This document shows, piece after piece, positions 1 through 11,500 of a DNA stretch of 64,000 nucleotides (positions are counted from its first letter, which is position 1; the number at the start of each line of letters is the position of its first letter). The position numbers and the translations under genes are program-made. The notes beneath the pieces were generated by a model that was given only the letters and a program-made list of their open reading frames with translations, did not search any database and was not told where the DNA came from. The DNA comes from Candidatus Zixiibacteriota bacterium (GTDB lineage Bacteria; Zixibacteria; MSB-5A5; UBA10806): contig CP070742.1 of assembly GCA_020348065.1 (NCBI GenBank), positions 2,696,094-2,760,093 on the forward strand, in the 5' to 3' direction.

Positions 1-1622
1 TCGCTGAATATCTCTTTCTCGAATTTGTTGAGTTTCTTGCCGTATTCAACCGAGAGCTCTTTTAAAAATCCCGTATCAATCCTGACTCCGTTTTCCTCCA
101 TATCTCCGAGCACATTTAAAAGCGGCATTTCGATATCAAAAAAGAGCTTCTTCAACTTCAATCTTTCGATTTCGGGATAAAACTCGTTTTTCAGACGCAG
201 CGCAAAATCGGCATCCTCGCTGGCGTAAAAGGTAGCCCTTTTTATATCTACTTCATTAAATCCGATCTGCTTTTTGCCCGATCCTATCAACTCATCTATA
301 TGCATCATCTTATAATTGAATTTATCCAGCGCCAGGCTATCGAGATTATAGGTTCTTCCTCCCGGATTGATGAGATATGCGGCGATCATGGTGTCGAAAT
401 AAATACTATTGAGATATACGCCATGATTTTTAAACACCTGCCGGTCATACTTCAGGTTCTGGCCGATAATCCCGGTATCGGAGCTAAATAGCTTCTTGAA
501 TCTCTCCAGGACTTCATTTAACGGCAGGTTCTCCCCCGCGTCGTGACCGAGCGGTATATAGAAAGCCTTACCCTCCTCGAATGAAAATGATATTCCGACC
601 AGGCGGGCGTCAAGCGGAACCAGCGAAGTGGTCTCGGTATCTATGGCGATCTCACGCTTTTGGGCTGCTTTAGCAAGAATACTATCTAAATCTTTCAGGT
701 TTTTTATCTGTTTATAATCCCCTTGCGCCTGTTCATTGGATGAATCGAATAACGATACCGCCCGCCTTGACGCATATTTTTCCGCCAGCGACTGAAACTC
801 AAGTCTACGGAAAAGTTCAACCAGGGAATCGATATCCGGCTCCGTCAATCTAAACTTATCCAGATCCAATTCGATTGGGCAATCAATTTTTATGGTTACC
901 AGATCCTTAGACAGCTCGGCCTGTTCTTTATAATCTCCCAGTGATTTTGCCAGCTTGCCCTTTTTCTTCGATGGACCCTCTTTTAAAATCCTGTTCAAAT
1001 CGCCGAATTCCTGCACCAGGGAAACAGCCGTTTTCGGACCGACTCCGGGGATGCCCGGCACGTTATCCGATGAATCGCCCATCAAAGCCAGAACCTCTAT
1101 GACTTTATCGGGATACACGCCGAATTTCACTTTTACCGCCTCGGCATCCATAATGCTGTAATCTTTGGGATTGAGGATTTTAATGTTCTCATTTACGAGC
1201 TGATAAAAATCTTTGTCTCCCGTAAAGATTAATACCTCCAGGTCCTTTTCTGAGATCGCTTTTTCAGCGAGGGTCCCGATTAAATCGTCGGCTTCCAAAC
1301 CTTCTATGGATATATTAGTAATATTGAGCGCCTCAACTGTCTTTTCAATCCAGGGCAGTTGTTCCACCAGCTCATCGGGCGCTTTGGCCCTGGTGGATTT
1401 ATATTCCGGGTATTTTTCGTGCCTGAAGGTCGGTTTGGGAGTATCGAATAATACCGCGATATAATCGGGATCGAAGTCGTTTATTATCTTGTTCAATGAA
1501 TTTATAAAGCCGAACACCGCACCGGTATTTTCCCCGCGCGAATTAATGAGAGGATTTCTTATAAGCGCGAAATAACTCCGATAGGCAACCGCAGAACCGT
1601 CTATGAGAATCAGTTTCTTCAT
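1..1622 (-). CDS. polA: DNA polymerase I, N-terminal portion (5'-3' exonuclease plus 3'-5' exo / start of polymerase domain). Partial: the gene continues past the window start.
   Basis: The reverse-complement translation starts at 1622..1620 as MKKLILIDGSAVAYRSYFALI, the classic Pol I 5'-nuclease N-terminus. Near position 1 the frame reads ...FDIEMPLLNVLGDMEENGVRIDT..., which resembles the E. coli PolA thumb/palm entry. The ORF track omitted this frame because it runs off the window. The ATG overlaps the nadD TGA (ATGA). Confidence 0.85.
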   Translation of the reverse strand, partial: MKKLILIDGSAVAYRSYFALIRNPLINSRGENTGAVFGFINSLNKIINDFDPDYIAVLFDTPKPTFRHEKYPEYKSTRAKAPDELVEQLPWIEKTVEALNITNISIEGLEADDLIGTLAEKAISEKDLEVLIFTGDKDFYQLVNENIKILNPKDYSIMDAEAVKVKFGVYPDKVIEVLALMGDSSDNVPGIPGVGPKTAVSLVQEFGDLNRILKEGPSKKKGKLAKSLGDYKEQAELSKDLVTIKIDCPIELDLDKFRLTEPDIDSLVELFRRLEFQSLAEKYASRRAVSLFDSSNEQAQGDYKQIKNLKDLDSILAKAAQKREIAIDTETTSLVPLDARLVGISFSFEEGKAFYIPLGHDAGENLPLNEVLERFKKLFSSDTGIIGQNLKYDRQVFKNHGVYLNSIYFDTMIAAYLINPGGRTYNLDSLALDKFNYKMMHIDELIGSGKKQIGFNEVDIKRATFYASEDADFALRLKNEFYPEIERLKLKKLFFDIEMPLLNVLGDMEENGVRIDTGFLKELSVEYGKKLNKFEKEIFS

Positions 1623-2197
1623 TTATCCATATACAGCGATTTTCTTTCAATATACTCACGCACCGGTTTCGGCAGCAGACCCTCTACGGCCTCATGCGCC
1701 CTGATCTTATCCCTTATCTCCGTAGAGGATATATTAACCGGCGGCATGTTGAACATCTTTATTTTCGATTTATATTTGCCCCGGGGCTCGAAACCGGGCC
1801 TGTTGAAAGCGACAACGGTTGCCGCATTCAGGATTTCATCCGGCAGATACCAGCTTTCCATCTCGGAAATATTATCGGCTCCGATAATAAATACGATCTC
1901 AGCCTCCGGATTTCGCTCTTTAATCTCCTTCAAGGTTTCGATAGTATAAGATAGACCGTTTCTCTTCAATTCGATATCAGAGACTTCGAATTCCGAATGG
2001 CCTCCAGCCGCCAGCTTGAGCATATTCAACCTGTCCTTTTCGGGCGCCACCATTTCAATCGGTTTGTGGGGCGGATATTTCGCCGGGATAAATATAATTT
2101 TCTGAAGATCACATTCTCGTATGGCGGCCCTGGCGACGGCGATATGTCCGTTATGAGGGGGGTCAAAAGTTCCGCCCAGAATGCCTATACGGGGCAA
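1619..2197 (-). CDS. nadD: Nicotinate-nucleotide adenylyltransferase
   Basis: 192 aa with N-terminus GILGGTFDPPHNGHI, the (H/T)xGH nucleotidyltransferase motif. Size and motifs are typical of NadD. Confidence 0.9.
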   Translation of the reverse strand: MPRIGILGGTFDPPHNGHIAVARAAIRECDLQKIIFIPAKYPPHKPIEMVAPEKDRLNMLKLAAGGHSEFEVSDIELKRNGLSYTIETLKEIKERNPEAEIVFIIGADNISEMESWYLPDEILNAATVVAFNRPGFEPRGKYKSKIKMFNMPPVNISSTEIRDKIRAHEAVEGLLPKPVREYIERKSLYMDK

Positions 2198-2200
2198 GCA

Positions 2201-2965
2201 TCAGCCTCCAGACGTAATTGATTGTATTTCGGATATTTTCTCTCTGGCTTTTTTGGACAGCTCGTGATCGGGGAAAGCTATAACGAAATTCTGAAATGTC
2301 TCCAGCGCGTCTGAAATTCGGCCCTGTTTTCTCATGGCCACACCGGTATTGTAGAACGCGCGTTTGGCCCATTCCGTATTGGGATAGTTATCTCGAACCT
2401 GCTCAAAATAAATCAAGGCCGGATCATAATCGTTCATTTTCAGGTATAATTCGCCGTTTTTATAGAGTTTTTTCGCCAGTTTATCATAAAGCTCACCCAG
2501 CTTGTTTTGAGCTTCCTCCTTAAGCGGGCTGCGCGGATACCTGGTTAGAAACAGGTTAAACTCGTCTATGGCATCATACGTCTCGGATTGTTCGTGATAG
2601 TATTTCGGAGATTGATCGTAAAAACTCACGGCCACCTGAAACTGCGTATCATCCGCGAAAGCAGACGAGGGATACGCGCTCAACAGCCTTCTGAATTCCG
2701 TTATAGCTTCCGGATAATGTTTCATTTTATAAAAAGACATCCCCAGATAATATTGAGCGGTGTCGATAAAAGTCTGGCCGGGAAAACTGTAGATCAATCG
2801 CTGGAATGCCATCTGGGCCTTGAAAAATTTTTTATCATTATATTGCTCCATGGCATAACTGTATTGTTCGCGGGGAGTGGCCTGTTTCTTGAAACCGGCG
2901 CCCGAACAAGACACCAGCGTAAACACCATAATAAAAAATCGTACCAATTTTAGCATGCTTTTCAT
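2201..2965 (-). CDS. bamD: Outer-membrane protein assembly factor BamD-like TPR lipoprotein
   Basis: 254 aa. It has a signal peptide plus lipobox (FTLVSCSG). The rest is TPR-like helical repeats typical of the BamD/YfiO family. Confidence 0.55.
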   Translation of the reverse strand: MKSMLKLVRFFIMVFTLVSCSGAGFKKQATPREQYSYAMEQYNDKKFFKAQMAFQRLIYSFPGQTFIDTAQYYLGMSFYKMKHYPEAITEFRRLLSAYPSSAFADDTQFQVAVSFYDQSPKYYHEQSETYDAIDEFNLFLTRYPRSPLKEEAQNKLGELYDKLAKKLYKNGELYLKMNDYDPALIYFEQVRDNYPNTEWAKRAFYNTGVAMRKQGRISDALETFQNFVIAFPDHELSKKAREKISEIQSITSGG

Positions 2966-2972
2966 ATCGACC

Positions 2973-3662
2973 TCATCTATTGGCGAAAAACAGATAAATC
3001 AATGTTCCGACCGCCGCGGTTACAACAACGGGCTCCACGACTTTTTTCAATCCCGAGGACGGAAAAGGAGGATTTAGAGCGGGAATTTTTCTACTTTTTA
3101 CCAGATCGCCCCATTCAGGATTTATCTGATCTTCATAACTTATCGTTATATCCCGTATTTCAGATATCGAATCGTTTCGCATATTTGAAAAGGTTAATTT
3201 CAAGACTGCCATAAACTTCCGTCTTATCATCCTCTTCCGCAAAAACCCTCTGGGATCCCCATTTTCGTATTTAAACTCAAACCCAAGCACATCGCATTCC
3301 AAATTTTGTACACCGCCAGAGGCTCTGTCGTTCCCGACAACGTCGATTTCAAGGTTCTTGAAACCTTCGGACAAACCGATGGCGATAGGACGAGAGATTT
3401 CGTCCTCCAGCACTTTGACGTTGATGATTCCGGGCCTCAGGGATTGGAAATTGCTCTCGACACCTTCACGGGCGGCCCTGACCACGACCTGCTCGTTGGT
3501 TATAACCTGAGCCCTAACAGGCGTCAGCCACAATAATAAAACAACCGGAAAAGGTTTAAAAATTCTGATTTTCTTCAATCTGTCTCCGAAGTTCCAGATA
3601 ATTTTTTTTGACTCTGTTATAATACCTGGCAGGCGGGGTCGCGCCCAGGTACAGGTATTCAC
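2973..3662 (-). CDS. Hypothetical secreted protein. The true start is probably internal (alternative start near an internal signal peptide).
   Basis: The ORF overlaps the upstream SLT gene by about 100 nt. An internal signal-peptide-like segment, KKIRIFKPFPVVLLLWLTPVRAQ, suggests a shorter real product. I recognise no known domain. Confidence 0.3.
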   Translation of the reverse strand: MNTCTWARPRLPGIITESKKIIWNFGDRLKKIRIFKPFPVVLLLWLTPVRAQVITNEQVVVRAAREGVESNFQSLRPGIINVKVLEDEISRPIAIGLSEGFKNLEIDVVGNDRASGGVQNLECDVLGFEFKYENGDPRGFLRKRMIRRKFMAVLKLTFSNMRNDSISEIRDITISYEDQINPEWGDLVKSRKIPALNPPFPSSGLKKVVEPVVVTAAVGTLIYLFFANR

Positions 3663-4224
3663 GCGTTACTGTTTCTCCGAGATTATAGGCGATAATCGCT
3701 TTGCGAACATCCTTGAATTTCAAAATCAACTCGAACAGATAGGCGGTTCCCAATCTTACATTGAGATCCGGATTCCACAGGCCTTTTTTCTGGGGCCAAT
3801 CAATCCCCCATTTTTCGGCAATGCTCTTGCCGATGGAGGGCTTAATCTGCATTAAACCTTCCGCTCCCATATGCGATCTCTGATACCGTTTAAAAGCGCT
3901 TTCGGTTTTTATAACGGCGAGTATGAGCAAAGGATCTATACTGAACTTGACGCTCTCTTCATAAATAACATCGGTTAAGGTCGTAATTTCATCTTCATTA
4001 AACCCGATCTGGTAATCCTCGATAATTTCCAGGATTTTAAGTTTTTCTTCCATCTCCCGGATCTTTTGCGCCTGTTTGTTGATGATCTCTTTTTGATCGA
4101 GGTAGCTCCAGATAAGTAAAATGGTGGCCATCATCTGGAGAGAATATAAAACCAGCAGGAGTATTCCGGCCGGGCGGGATATGAAAATCATCCTGTTTTT
4201 AAATTTTCTCTCCATCAATGACAT
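3556..4224 (-). CDS. Membrane-anchored lytic transglycosylase (SLT domain)
   Basis: It has an N-terminal TM helix. The SLT catalytic motif block is AVIKTESAFKRYQRSHMGAEGLMQI ... AYNLG (E-S, GLMQ, AYN). Confidence 0.75.
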   Translation of the reverse strand: MSLMERKFKNRMIFISRPAGILLLVLYSLQMMATILLIWSYLDQKEIINKQAQKIREMEEKLKILEIIEDYQIGFNEDEITTLTDVIYEESVKFSIDPLLILAVIKTESAFKRYQRSHMGAEGLMQIKPSIGKSIAEKWGIDWPQKKGLWNPDLNVRLGTAYLFELILKFKDVRKAIIAYNLGETVTREYLYLGATPPARYYNRVKKNYLELRRQIEENQNF

Positions 4225-4230
4225 ACCGGT

Positions 4231-5529
4231 TTACTCCTCCTTTAAGGGCTCGGAAAAAAGATCGTAGGCGCCAGCCCGTTTTATTCTAACTTCAATCATA
4301 TCACCGGGTTTCATGTCGGGCTTATCGACATACGTTACTCCGTCCACTTCGGGCGCCTGAAACCAGGTACGGCCTATCGCGACTCCCCCATCGTCGACTT
4401 CCTGTATCAACACCAGCTCGGTCTTTCCCGCTCTTCTATCCAATTTCGCCTTTGAAATCTTATTTTGCAAGTCCAAAAGAGTCAAGTATCTTTCTTCGAT
4501 AATGGTTTCGTCAATCCTGCCCTTTAATTTGAATGCCAGGGTCCCCTCTTCAGGGGAATATTTAAACAAACCCAGATTGTCAAATTGAACCTCTTCACAA
4601 AAATCGAGCAGTTCCTCGAAATCGTTGTCGGTTTCCCCGGGAAAACCGACAATAAAGGTTGTCCTCAGAACGATTTCGGGAATCGACGCGCGCAGCCTGG
4701 CGATAAGATTCATTATCCCCTTTCCGTCTATTTTTCTGTTCATTTTTTTCAGTATTTCATCGCTAATATGCTGTATGGGTAAGTCGATATATTTAAGCAA
4801 CTTATCCTTTGAGGCCACAACCTCAATTATTTCATCCGTCAAATGCGCCGGATGAGCGTACATGATCCTGAGCCATTTCAATCCTTCTATCCTGACCAAC
4901 CGGTTAACAAGTTTCGGCAATTCGGATTTATCGTTTCTATCCAGCCCGAACATGGTTGTGTCCTGTCCTATTAATACCAGTTCTTTCACGAAATTTTGAC
5001 AGAGATACTCGGCTTCCGATACTATTTCATCAAAAGACCTGCTATAAAAAACGCCTTTAATATCAGGGATTGCGCAATAGCTGCACCTGTTGTCGCAACC
5101 ATCGGACAATTTCAGATATCCATAAGGATATCTGGGTCTTACTCTTTTTTCCGAATCTTCCCCGGTTTTTTTCGTCCATCCTATTTTGTTTAGATAGGGA
5201 ACCAATTGATTATGGTTTGTTGAAGGCAGGAATAAATCGACCTCTTTAAAAATCCTTTCCATGTTGTACCGTGCCGGAAGACATCCGCACATAACCAGAA
5301 GAGATCCTTTTTTCCGGTTCATATGTAAATAGAGCGCGGTATCGATCGATTCAATTTTGGCGTCGTTTATAAAACCGCAGCTGTTAACCAGGATCAGATC
5401 GGCGGAGCCGACATCATCGGTTTTGGCAAAACCTGCCGAAATCAGGCTGACCTCTATGGCTTCAGAATCCACCTCATTTTTCGCGCAACCCAGGGTTTCC
5501 AGATAATATTTTTTGGTTAAATTCGACAT
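4231..5529 (-). CDS. rimO: Radical-SAM methylthiotransferase, RimO-like (MiaB family)
   Basis: 432 aa. The N-terminal MTTase domain contains LGCAKNEVDSE. It has a CxxxCxxC radical-SAM cluster (CDNRCSYC) and a C-terminal TRAM domain. The LGCxKNxVDSE signature favours RimO over MiaB. Confidence 0.7.
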   Translation of the reverse strand: MSNLTKKYYLETLGCAKNEVDSEAIEVSLISAGFAKTDDVGSADLILVNSCGFINDAKIESIDTALYLHMNRKKGSLLVMCGCLPARYNMERIFKEVDLFLPSTNHNQLVPYLNKIGWTKKTGEDSEKRVRPRYPYGYLKLSDGCDNRCSYCAIPDIKGVFYSRSFDEIVSEAEYLCQNFVKELVLIGQDTTMFGLDRNDKSELPKLVNRLVRIEGLKWLRIMYAHPAHLTDEIIEVVASKDKLLKYIDLPIQHISDEILKKMNRKIDGKGIMNLIARLRASIPEIVLRTTFIVGFPGETDNDFEELLDFCEEVQFDNLGLFKYSPEEGTLAFKLKGRIDETIIEERYLTLLDLQNKISKAKLDRRAGKTELVLIQEVDDGGVAIGRTWFQAPEVDGVTYVDKPDMKPGDMIEVRIKRAGAYDLFSEPLKEE

Positions 5530-5614
5530 CGTGATCTTCTACCTCTAAATCCTATGCTAATGTTCCATTATAAATAGATTTAATTAAAAAAAGAAGTGTG
5601 ATTTGATCCGGCGG

Positions 5615-6202
5615 TCACTCGGTTAAATCGATAAATTCATAGCCTTCAGGCAAATCCTCGAAGAATTTGTCGAATTTTGACGGCTTTTTCAGCTTTTCTT
5701 TTTTGAAAAGCATGGTTACCTCGTCCCCTTTAGAGTCAAGATACTGAATCTTACGTATCCTGTTTTTGCCATCGGATATTAATAGCAGGCTTTCCGGAAG
5801 AACACTTCCCAGGCTCTTCAGTTTAAACATAGAATAATCGCCGTTTATACGATGTTCGGCGATGGCATAATTATCATCCCAATTCAAGATGAAATTATAA
5901 GGCATCACGCTGCCATCAGTGGCCTTTTTCTGTATCTGTTTGTGCCTTTTCGACATAACCCAGATGGTATCTCCTATGCCGGCGATCTTTTCGAGTTCGC
6001 TGGAAATTAAGAATGTATCGGGCGGAAAGAAATTGAAGTCAATTAGCGTGGTGTCATGCTCTTCAAAAATCTCCGAATAAACCACCGACTCTATTTTCCA
6101 TTGTATGCCCTCGGCCGATGAATAATGCCGGGAGATTTCATCCAGAAGTTCCACATCGGTAGAACTCAACAATATTAACGACATCAGGAGATTCCGAATC
6201 AT
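5615..6202 (-). CDS. LolA-like outer-membrane lipoprotein carrier / lipoprotein-sorting fold protein
   Basis: 195 aa with an N-terminal signal-like segment. It sits immediately downstream of ftsK and overlaps it (the conserved ftsK-lolA gene pair). Sequence similarity to LolA itself is weak. Confidence 0.45.
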   Translation of the reverse strand: MIRNLLMSLILLSSTDVELLDEISRHYSSAEGIQWKIESVVYSEIFEEHDTTLIDFNFFPPDTFLISSELEKIAGIGDTIWVMSKRHKQIQKKATDGSVMPYNFILNWDDNYAIAEHRINGDYSMFKLKSLGSVLPESLLLISDGKNRIRKIQYLDSKGDEVTMLFKKEKLKKPSKFDKFFEDLPEGYEFIDLTE

Positions 6203-8454
6203 TTTTTGAACTCTTCCGATTCCAAATAGGATTCATTGACGAGAACTTCCCGGGCTTTGCTGCCGTCATAAGGTCCCACAATACCGCTATTTTCCAGCTG
6301 GTCTATCAACCGAGCCGCTCTTTGGTATCCTATGCCGAGCCGCCGCTGCAGCAAAGACACCGAACCCTGTTTGTGCCTGACAACCAATTCCACCGCTTCC
6401 CTGTAAAGCGGGTCCGTGGAGGGATCAAAACCGGATACAGCACTGCCGGCGCTTTTTTCGAACGATTCTATCGGTTTAGTTCTATATTCCTGTTCACCGA
6501 TAAATTCGACAATCTGTTCGATTTCATCCCCCGATATAAAAGCGCCATGAATCCTGACAGGTTCGGGCAATCCCGGCCTGGAAAACAGCATATCGCCTCT
6601 ACCGAGAAGCTTTTCGGCGCCGTTGGTATCCAGGATGGTCCGGGAATCGACTTTCGTGGCGGTCTGGAAAGCGATGCGGGTAGAAAAATTGGCCTTTATG
6701 AGCCCGGTAATTACGTCGACCGAAGGCCTCTGGGTGGCCAGCACCAGATGTATACCGACAGCCCTGGCCATCTGAGCCAGGCGAGTTATCAATGATTCCA
6801 TCCGGCTCAAGCCGCTCATCATCATATCCGCCAGTTCATCAACAATAATAACTATAAAGGGCAGAATTTCCTTTTCCCGCTGGTTATAATCATTAATATT
6901 TCTCACGCCTGCCCGCGCCAGTCGCCGGTATCGATCCTCCATTTCAAGTACCGCGTCGCCCAGTAACTTTTCCGCGTCACGCACATCGGTAACTACAGGG
7001 CGTTCGAGATGCGGGAGACCGTCATAAACCGATAACTCTAAACGTTTGGGATCTATAAGAATAAAACGAAGGGCTTCGGGATGAAGATTATATATCAGGC
7101 TGTTGATTAAACAATTCAGGCAGACCGATTTTCCGGAACCGGTCGATCCCGCGATCAGAAGATGCGGCATGGAGGCGAGATCGACGGAAAACGGTTCGCC
7201 GCTGATAGTCAGACCCAATGCCAGCGGCAATGTCGCATCCGATTCCCTCATAGCAGGCGAAGATAAAATCTCTTTTAAATAAATTATTCTGGAGGTTCTA
7301 TTGGGGATCTCCACTCCCACGGCGGATTTCCCGGGAATGGGAGCCACGATCCTGATTCGCTCCGCCTGCATGGCCAGAGCAAGATCATCCGCCAGATTCG
7401 TGATCTGAGAGACCTTTATGCCGCTGGCGGGCTTGAATTCAAAGCGGGTTATAACCGGTCCCGGGAAAATATTCACCTCCCCGGAATCGATATCAATCCC
7501 GAAAGTAAGGAGAGTATGTCTCAGCGCTTCCGCCGTCCGGCGATAATCGGCCTTATCGGGCATTTTCAGTTCGGGTGGGGGATCGTTCAACAAATCTTCC
7601 GAAGGAAGATCATAACCGTCCTTTTTGGGCTTTTTACCGGAACGAAGGCCGATCATATTCCGATTGCCTTCCAGAATCGGTTCATCCTCGCCCGATGCCA
7701 TACCAACGGATTCCGGAGAAACTTCTTCTTTTTTGGCGGATGTTTTTTTCTTTTTGATTCTTATAACTCCGGAAAGAAAGCCGCGTTTTTCCTCTACGTC
7801 CGCTCCTGTATCTTTTTCACCGGCTAATCTGAGCCGTAACTTCGATTTCGCTGCGGAAAACAGGGCCCGGGGATAAGTAGATATAAATCTCGTCAGAAAT
7901 TCCGTCACCCTTTTGAATAAGGAGGGAATGACGAAAATAAGACCGGTAATAATCAATGAAATGGTCAGGGCGTATGAAAAAACAGTTCCGAACAAGGCCA
8001 GCAATGCCTTCGCTATAAAATGCCCTACGGCGCCGCCCGCATAAACACCGAGAACAGATCCGCTCTCTCTTCCGGACGGCAAAGACACAAATGTCATAAT
8101 CGCGAGAATAAAAGCCGTTGAAATATAGCTCCATCTTTTGATGGCGATGGTCGGCTTCCCGAAAAATCGATTGGCGCCCCAGACGATACAGCCGAAAGGT
8201 ATAAGCACCGCGAAATAACCAAAAATCACGTACAGCAAAAAGGATATGGCAGCGCCCACTATGCCGCCGCGATTATTGAGTCCTGAAAAGACAGGACCCA
8301 GATCGCCACCGTCGAATAACGCCCTGATCTTCGAATGGTCACTTTCAAAATCATAGGAGATCAAACTTATAATAAGGAGTAACGCGAATGCGCAAAGAAG
8401 CAATCCCAGTATCTTATCCCGGTTATCTTTCTCGAGTTCTTTTAAGAGCTTCAT
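6199..8454 (-). CDS. ftsK: DNA translocase FtsK
   Basis: 751 aa. It has N-terminal TM helices, a linker, a RecA-like motor with Walker A (GSTGSGKS), and a C-terminal winged-helix gamma domain. Confidence 0.9.
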   Translation of the reverse strand: MKLLKELEKDNRDKILGLLLCAFALLLIISLISYDFESDHSKIRALFDGGDLGPVFSGLNNRGGIVGAAISFLLYVIFGYFAVLIPFGCIVWGANRFFGKPTIAIKRWSYISTAFILAIMTFVSLPSGRESGSVLGVYAGGAVGHFIAKALLALFGTVFSYALTISLIITGLIFVIPSLFKRVTEFLTRFISTYPRALFSAAKSKLRLRLAGEKDTGADVEEKRGFLSGVIRIKKKKTSAKKEEVSPESVGMASGEDEPILEGNRNMIGLRSGKKPKKDGYDLPSEDLLNDPPPELKMPDKADYRRTAEALRHTLLTFGIDIDSGEVNIFPGPVITRFEFKPASGIKVSQITNLADDLALAMQAERIRIVAPIPGKSAVGVEIPNRTSRIIYLKEILSSPAMRESDATLPLALGLTISGEPFSVDLASMPHLLIAGSTGSGKSVCLNCLINSLIYNLHPEALRFILIDPKRLELSVYDGLPHLERPVVTDVRDAEKLLGDAVLEMEDRYRRLARAGVRNINDYNQREKEILPFIVIIVDELADMMMSGLSRMESLITRLAQMARAVGIHLVLATQRPSVDVITGLIKANFSTRIAFQTATKVDSRTILDTNGAEKLLGRGDMLFSRPGLPEPVRIHGAFISGDEIEQIVEFIGEQEYRTKPIESFEKSAGSAVSGFDPSTDPLYREAVELVVRHKQGSVSLLQRRLGIGYQRAARLIDQLENSGIVGPYDGSKAREVLVNESYLESEEFKK

Positions 8455-8501
8455 ATTAAAAAACTACAATCGCGTTTCAAATCTGTCAACCGAATACGAC
8501 A

Positions 8502-11500
8502 TTAATTAAGTGACATAAAAACGTTTGCTCCCCATAAATTCGGTAGACCGTCGTAGTGACCGAAAATGTAAGATCTGGAGATACGATAGGAATTCCAGTA
8601 GCCTTTCCCATCCGCCAGGTTTCGAAGGAATCTCCAATAAAAGGCCGCTTTGATCTCATTCGACAGGTCCCACAGAGGATATATAAACCCGACATTACCG
8701 TCCCGCGCGCTCATGACTGCCTGTAATGCAAGATTTAGATAATTATCTTCGCTGAATGGTTTAACCGTGCAGGCGATATTTCGCTCTCCTTCGTGAGAAC
8801 CATCAAAGAACGAAAAATCCCCGGAGTAGAATCTTACTCTATTGCCGCTTGGCCCGGCAGGCTTTAACAGGGGTTCGGCTATATATTGGATTAAGCGGAC
8901 ATCGGGATCATAACCGGCCTCGAATTCCAGGAACACAGAAGTTCCTTCAAGCGGATCCTTTGGGAATTCCCGCGGCAGGTATATATGCCTTATCAAAATA
9001 AACATCTCCGACAGATAGTCTCCATCCGGCATTTTAAGCGTCTCAAAAGGAAAAGCAAACAGTATGCCATCAGGAATTACCAAAATTCTATCCTTTTCAT
9101 CCAGAAATCTCTCCACGGGAGAAATTATCTCACTGTACCATTTCTCCATGATCGAGTCGGCTTTTTGCTGGTCCGCCAGAAGATCATCCATCATCATAAG
9201 CGATTTACTCAGCTCGTCTTCTTTGAAGCCATACTTATGAATGAAAATCGAATCCTTATCTACATAGGCTGCCATAAAGCCGTTATCGGCCGAGTAAAAT
9301 CTTAGAACGGCCTCATCATCATTCAAATTGCCCTGAAGTTCCTCCACGGAATCCGGCCTTACCCCCCACAATACGCCGTAGGCCAAATTATTTTCCATAG
9401 ATTTAAACTCATTGTCCGTGTATTCTATGTAATCGCGCTCTTTTTCATTCATAAATATATGGTTTAGAATTATATTTTCAGTCGAATCGAAATTCCCGAC
9501 TGAAAAATGCCGTCCCGAGATCTTTTGCGAATAACCCGTCTCCAGATAATTCACCGCCGGACTGGCTCTCTCCTCGCTAATCCTAATTTCTGCAGCCATA
9601 TTATACAGATCGGATCTATCCTCCCATAATCCATGGGCGGCTTTTACATAATCCGGTTCAACAGGATATTCTCTAATTAACCGCTCGGCAGATTCCAGGT
9701 GATTTAATTTAATTTCCTTTTCGGCAATCAACGCCAGATTATAAAATGCCCTCCATTTGAGATATCCCAACGTATTTTTATCGATTGATTTAGAAATTTC
9801 CATAAAATAATTTCCGGCTTTTTTCTTATTGTCTTTTATGACAGCATGATACCCCAGCTGATAACGGCATAGATTCTTGACATATTCCGTTTTCGAATCC
9901 GAAATTATTGCATTATATAGAGAATCCATATCATTACTTCCATTTTCCGAAACCAGCTCTCTTTTATATCTCAGCAGATCCGAAGACTTCCGATATTCAT
10001 AATTACCTATAGCATCTTCCGCCAATCTGTAATCAATCAACGATTTTTCTTTGCGGCCCATAGCTCTATAAATATCGCCCAGCAATTCGTAAGTTTCCAT
10101 TACTATTAATGATTTTCCTCTACCCTTCAATAAGGAGAGACCTTTTTCCGCAGACTCCAGCGCCGATTCGAAATCTCCCCTCATTAAATATATTTTTCCG
10201 AGTAAAACAGCCGCTTCCGCGTTATTTTTATTTTCTTTTAACAATGATTCCAGATTCCGCCTGGCGGATTCGTTTCTAAATGTACCGATATGGTATCTTG
10301 AAAGTTGAATCAGGTACTCGCGATAAATATTATTTTCCCGATCTTTATCTATAAGAACCTCCAGCGAATCGAGCCGCATTTTCGATTTTCCGTACATCTC
10401 CATTAAATTGAATATTTCCGCCAGGTATAATCCCGACCACAATTTATCTTCTATATTATTGGCCGGGAATAGTTCCAGCGATTTTGATAAATCCGCCTGC
10501 GCTTTATCCAGTTCGCCTTTTTCCTTCAGAGCTTTTCCTCGAATGGCAAATCCCTTCGCTCTCATCAAGAAATCTTTCGTTTTTTCCGTTATTTCAATTA
10601 ACATCGTGGCGTAGTCTATGGAGTTTTCCAATTCGTTAATATCATATTTTATTTCCGCCATATCATAATAGATTTTTGCCAGCTGCAGCGAATCGCCCGT
10701 TTTTTCGAAAATCTCAATTAATTTTCCATGATCCCGCTGAATTCTGTAATTATATTCGCCGGTTTTTTCGTATGTTTTCATCAAATTACCGGCGGCGTGC
10801 GCTTTCATCTTACTATCGAACTTTCTGTTACTCACAATATTTAACGCCAGGCTGTAATACTTTTCAGCCATCGCCCAATTTTTCAAAATATAAAACTGGT
10901 TTCCGATCAATACGTATTCATTGAATAGATCTTTAACATGCAGGTCCTCCTCATTTTTGCTCCAGCCATCGTCTCCAAAATATGAAATAATATAACTGTT
11001 ATTATCATTGTTGACGATTGATCCCTGAATGAAAGCCCCGTAATAAGATCTTATTGGCGTACCCGCCTCCAGTCCGTCAAAGAATTTTTTTATATCCGAT
11101 TCCAATGCCGCAGGATCCAGAATATTTTCTATCCTGAGGACGGCATTCACCCCCATGTTTTCGATCAGTTTTATCAATATCGCGTTTTCCGATTCATCCG
11201 GCTCGTTCGCGGGATCAATCAAGATTGCGCCAAAAGCATTATTCTTAATTTTCGGCAGATTTCTTATGGCAAATTTATCCGACCTAATATTATCACCGTC
11301 TCCTCCAAAACGCTCCCAGCTTGAAAAAATAAAGTTTTTATCATCCACGACTAATTTTCCATCAAGAATAATCCAACCGTATTTTGAGAGATCGATTTCA
11401 TATGATGTCGAATCATAATTAATTATGTCCGCTCCAATTTCATCGGCCATTCCGTCCGTCAAAACAAAACCGTCGAATCTCAATATTGCAATCCCGGTTA

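Noticed and set aside
2973-3662. The full 229-aa ORF as annotated by the ORF track
   Set aside because: Its N-terminal roughly 35 codons overlap the SLT gene in another frame, and an internal signal peptide suggests a later start. I kept it as a low-confidence hypothetical rather than a full-length call.
8486-8695. A 69-aa ORF overlapping the 3' end of the giant gene
   Set aside because: It sits in a different frame of the same strand, wholly inside the better-supported 2473-aa ORF.
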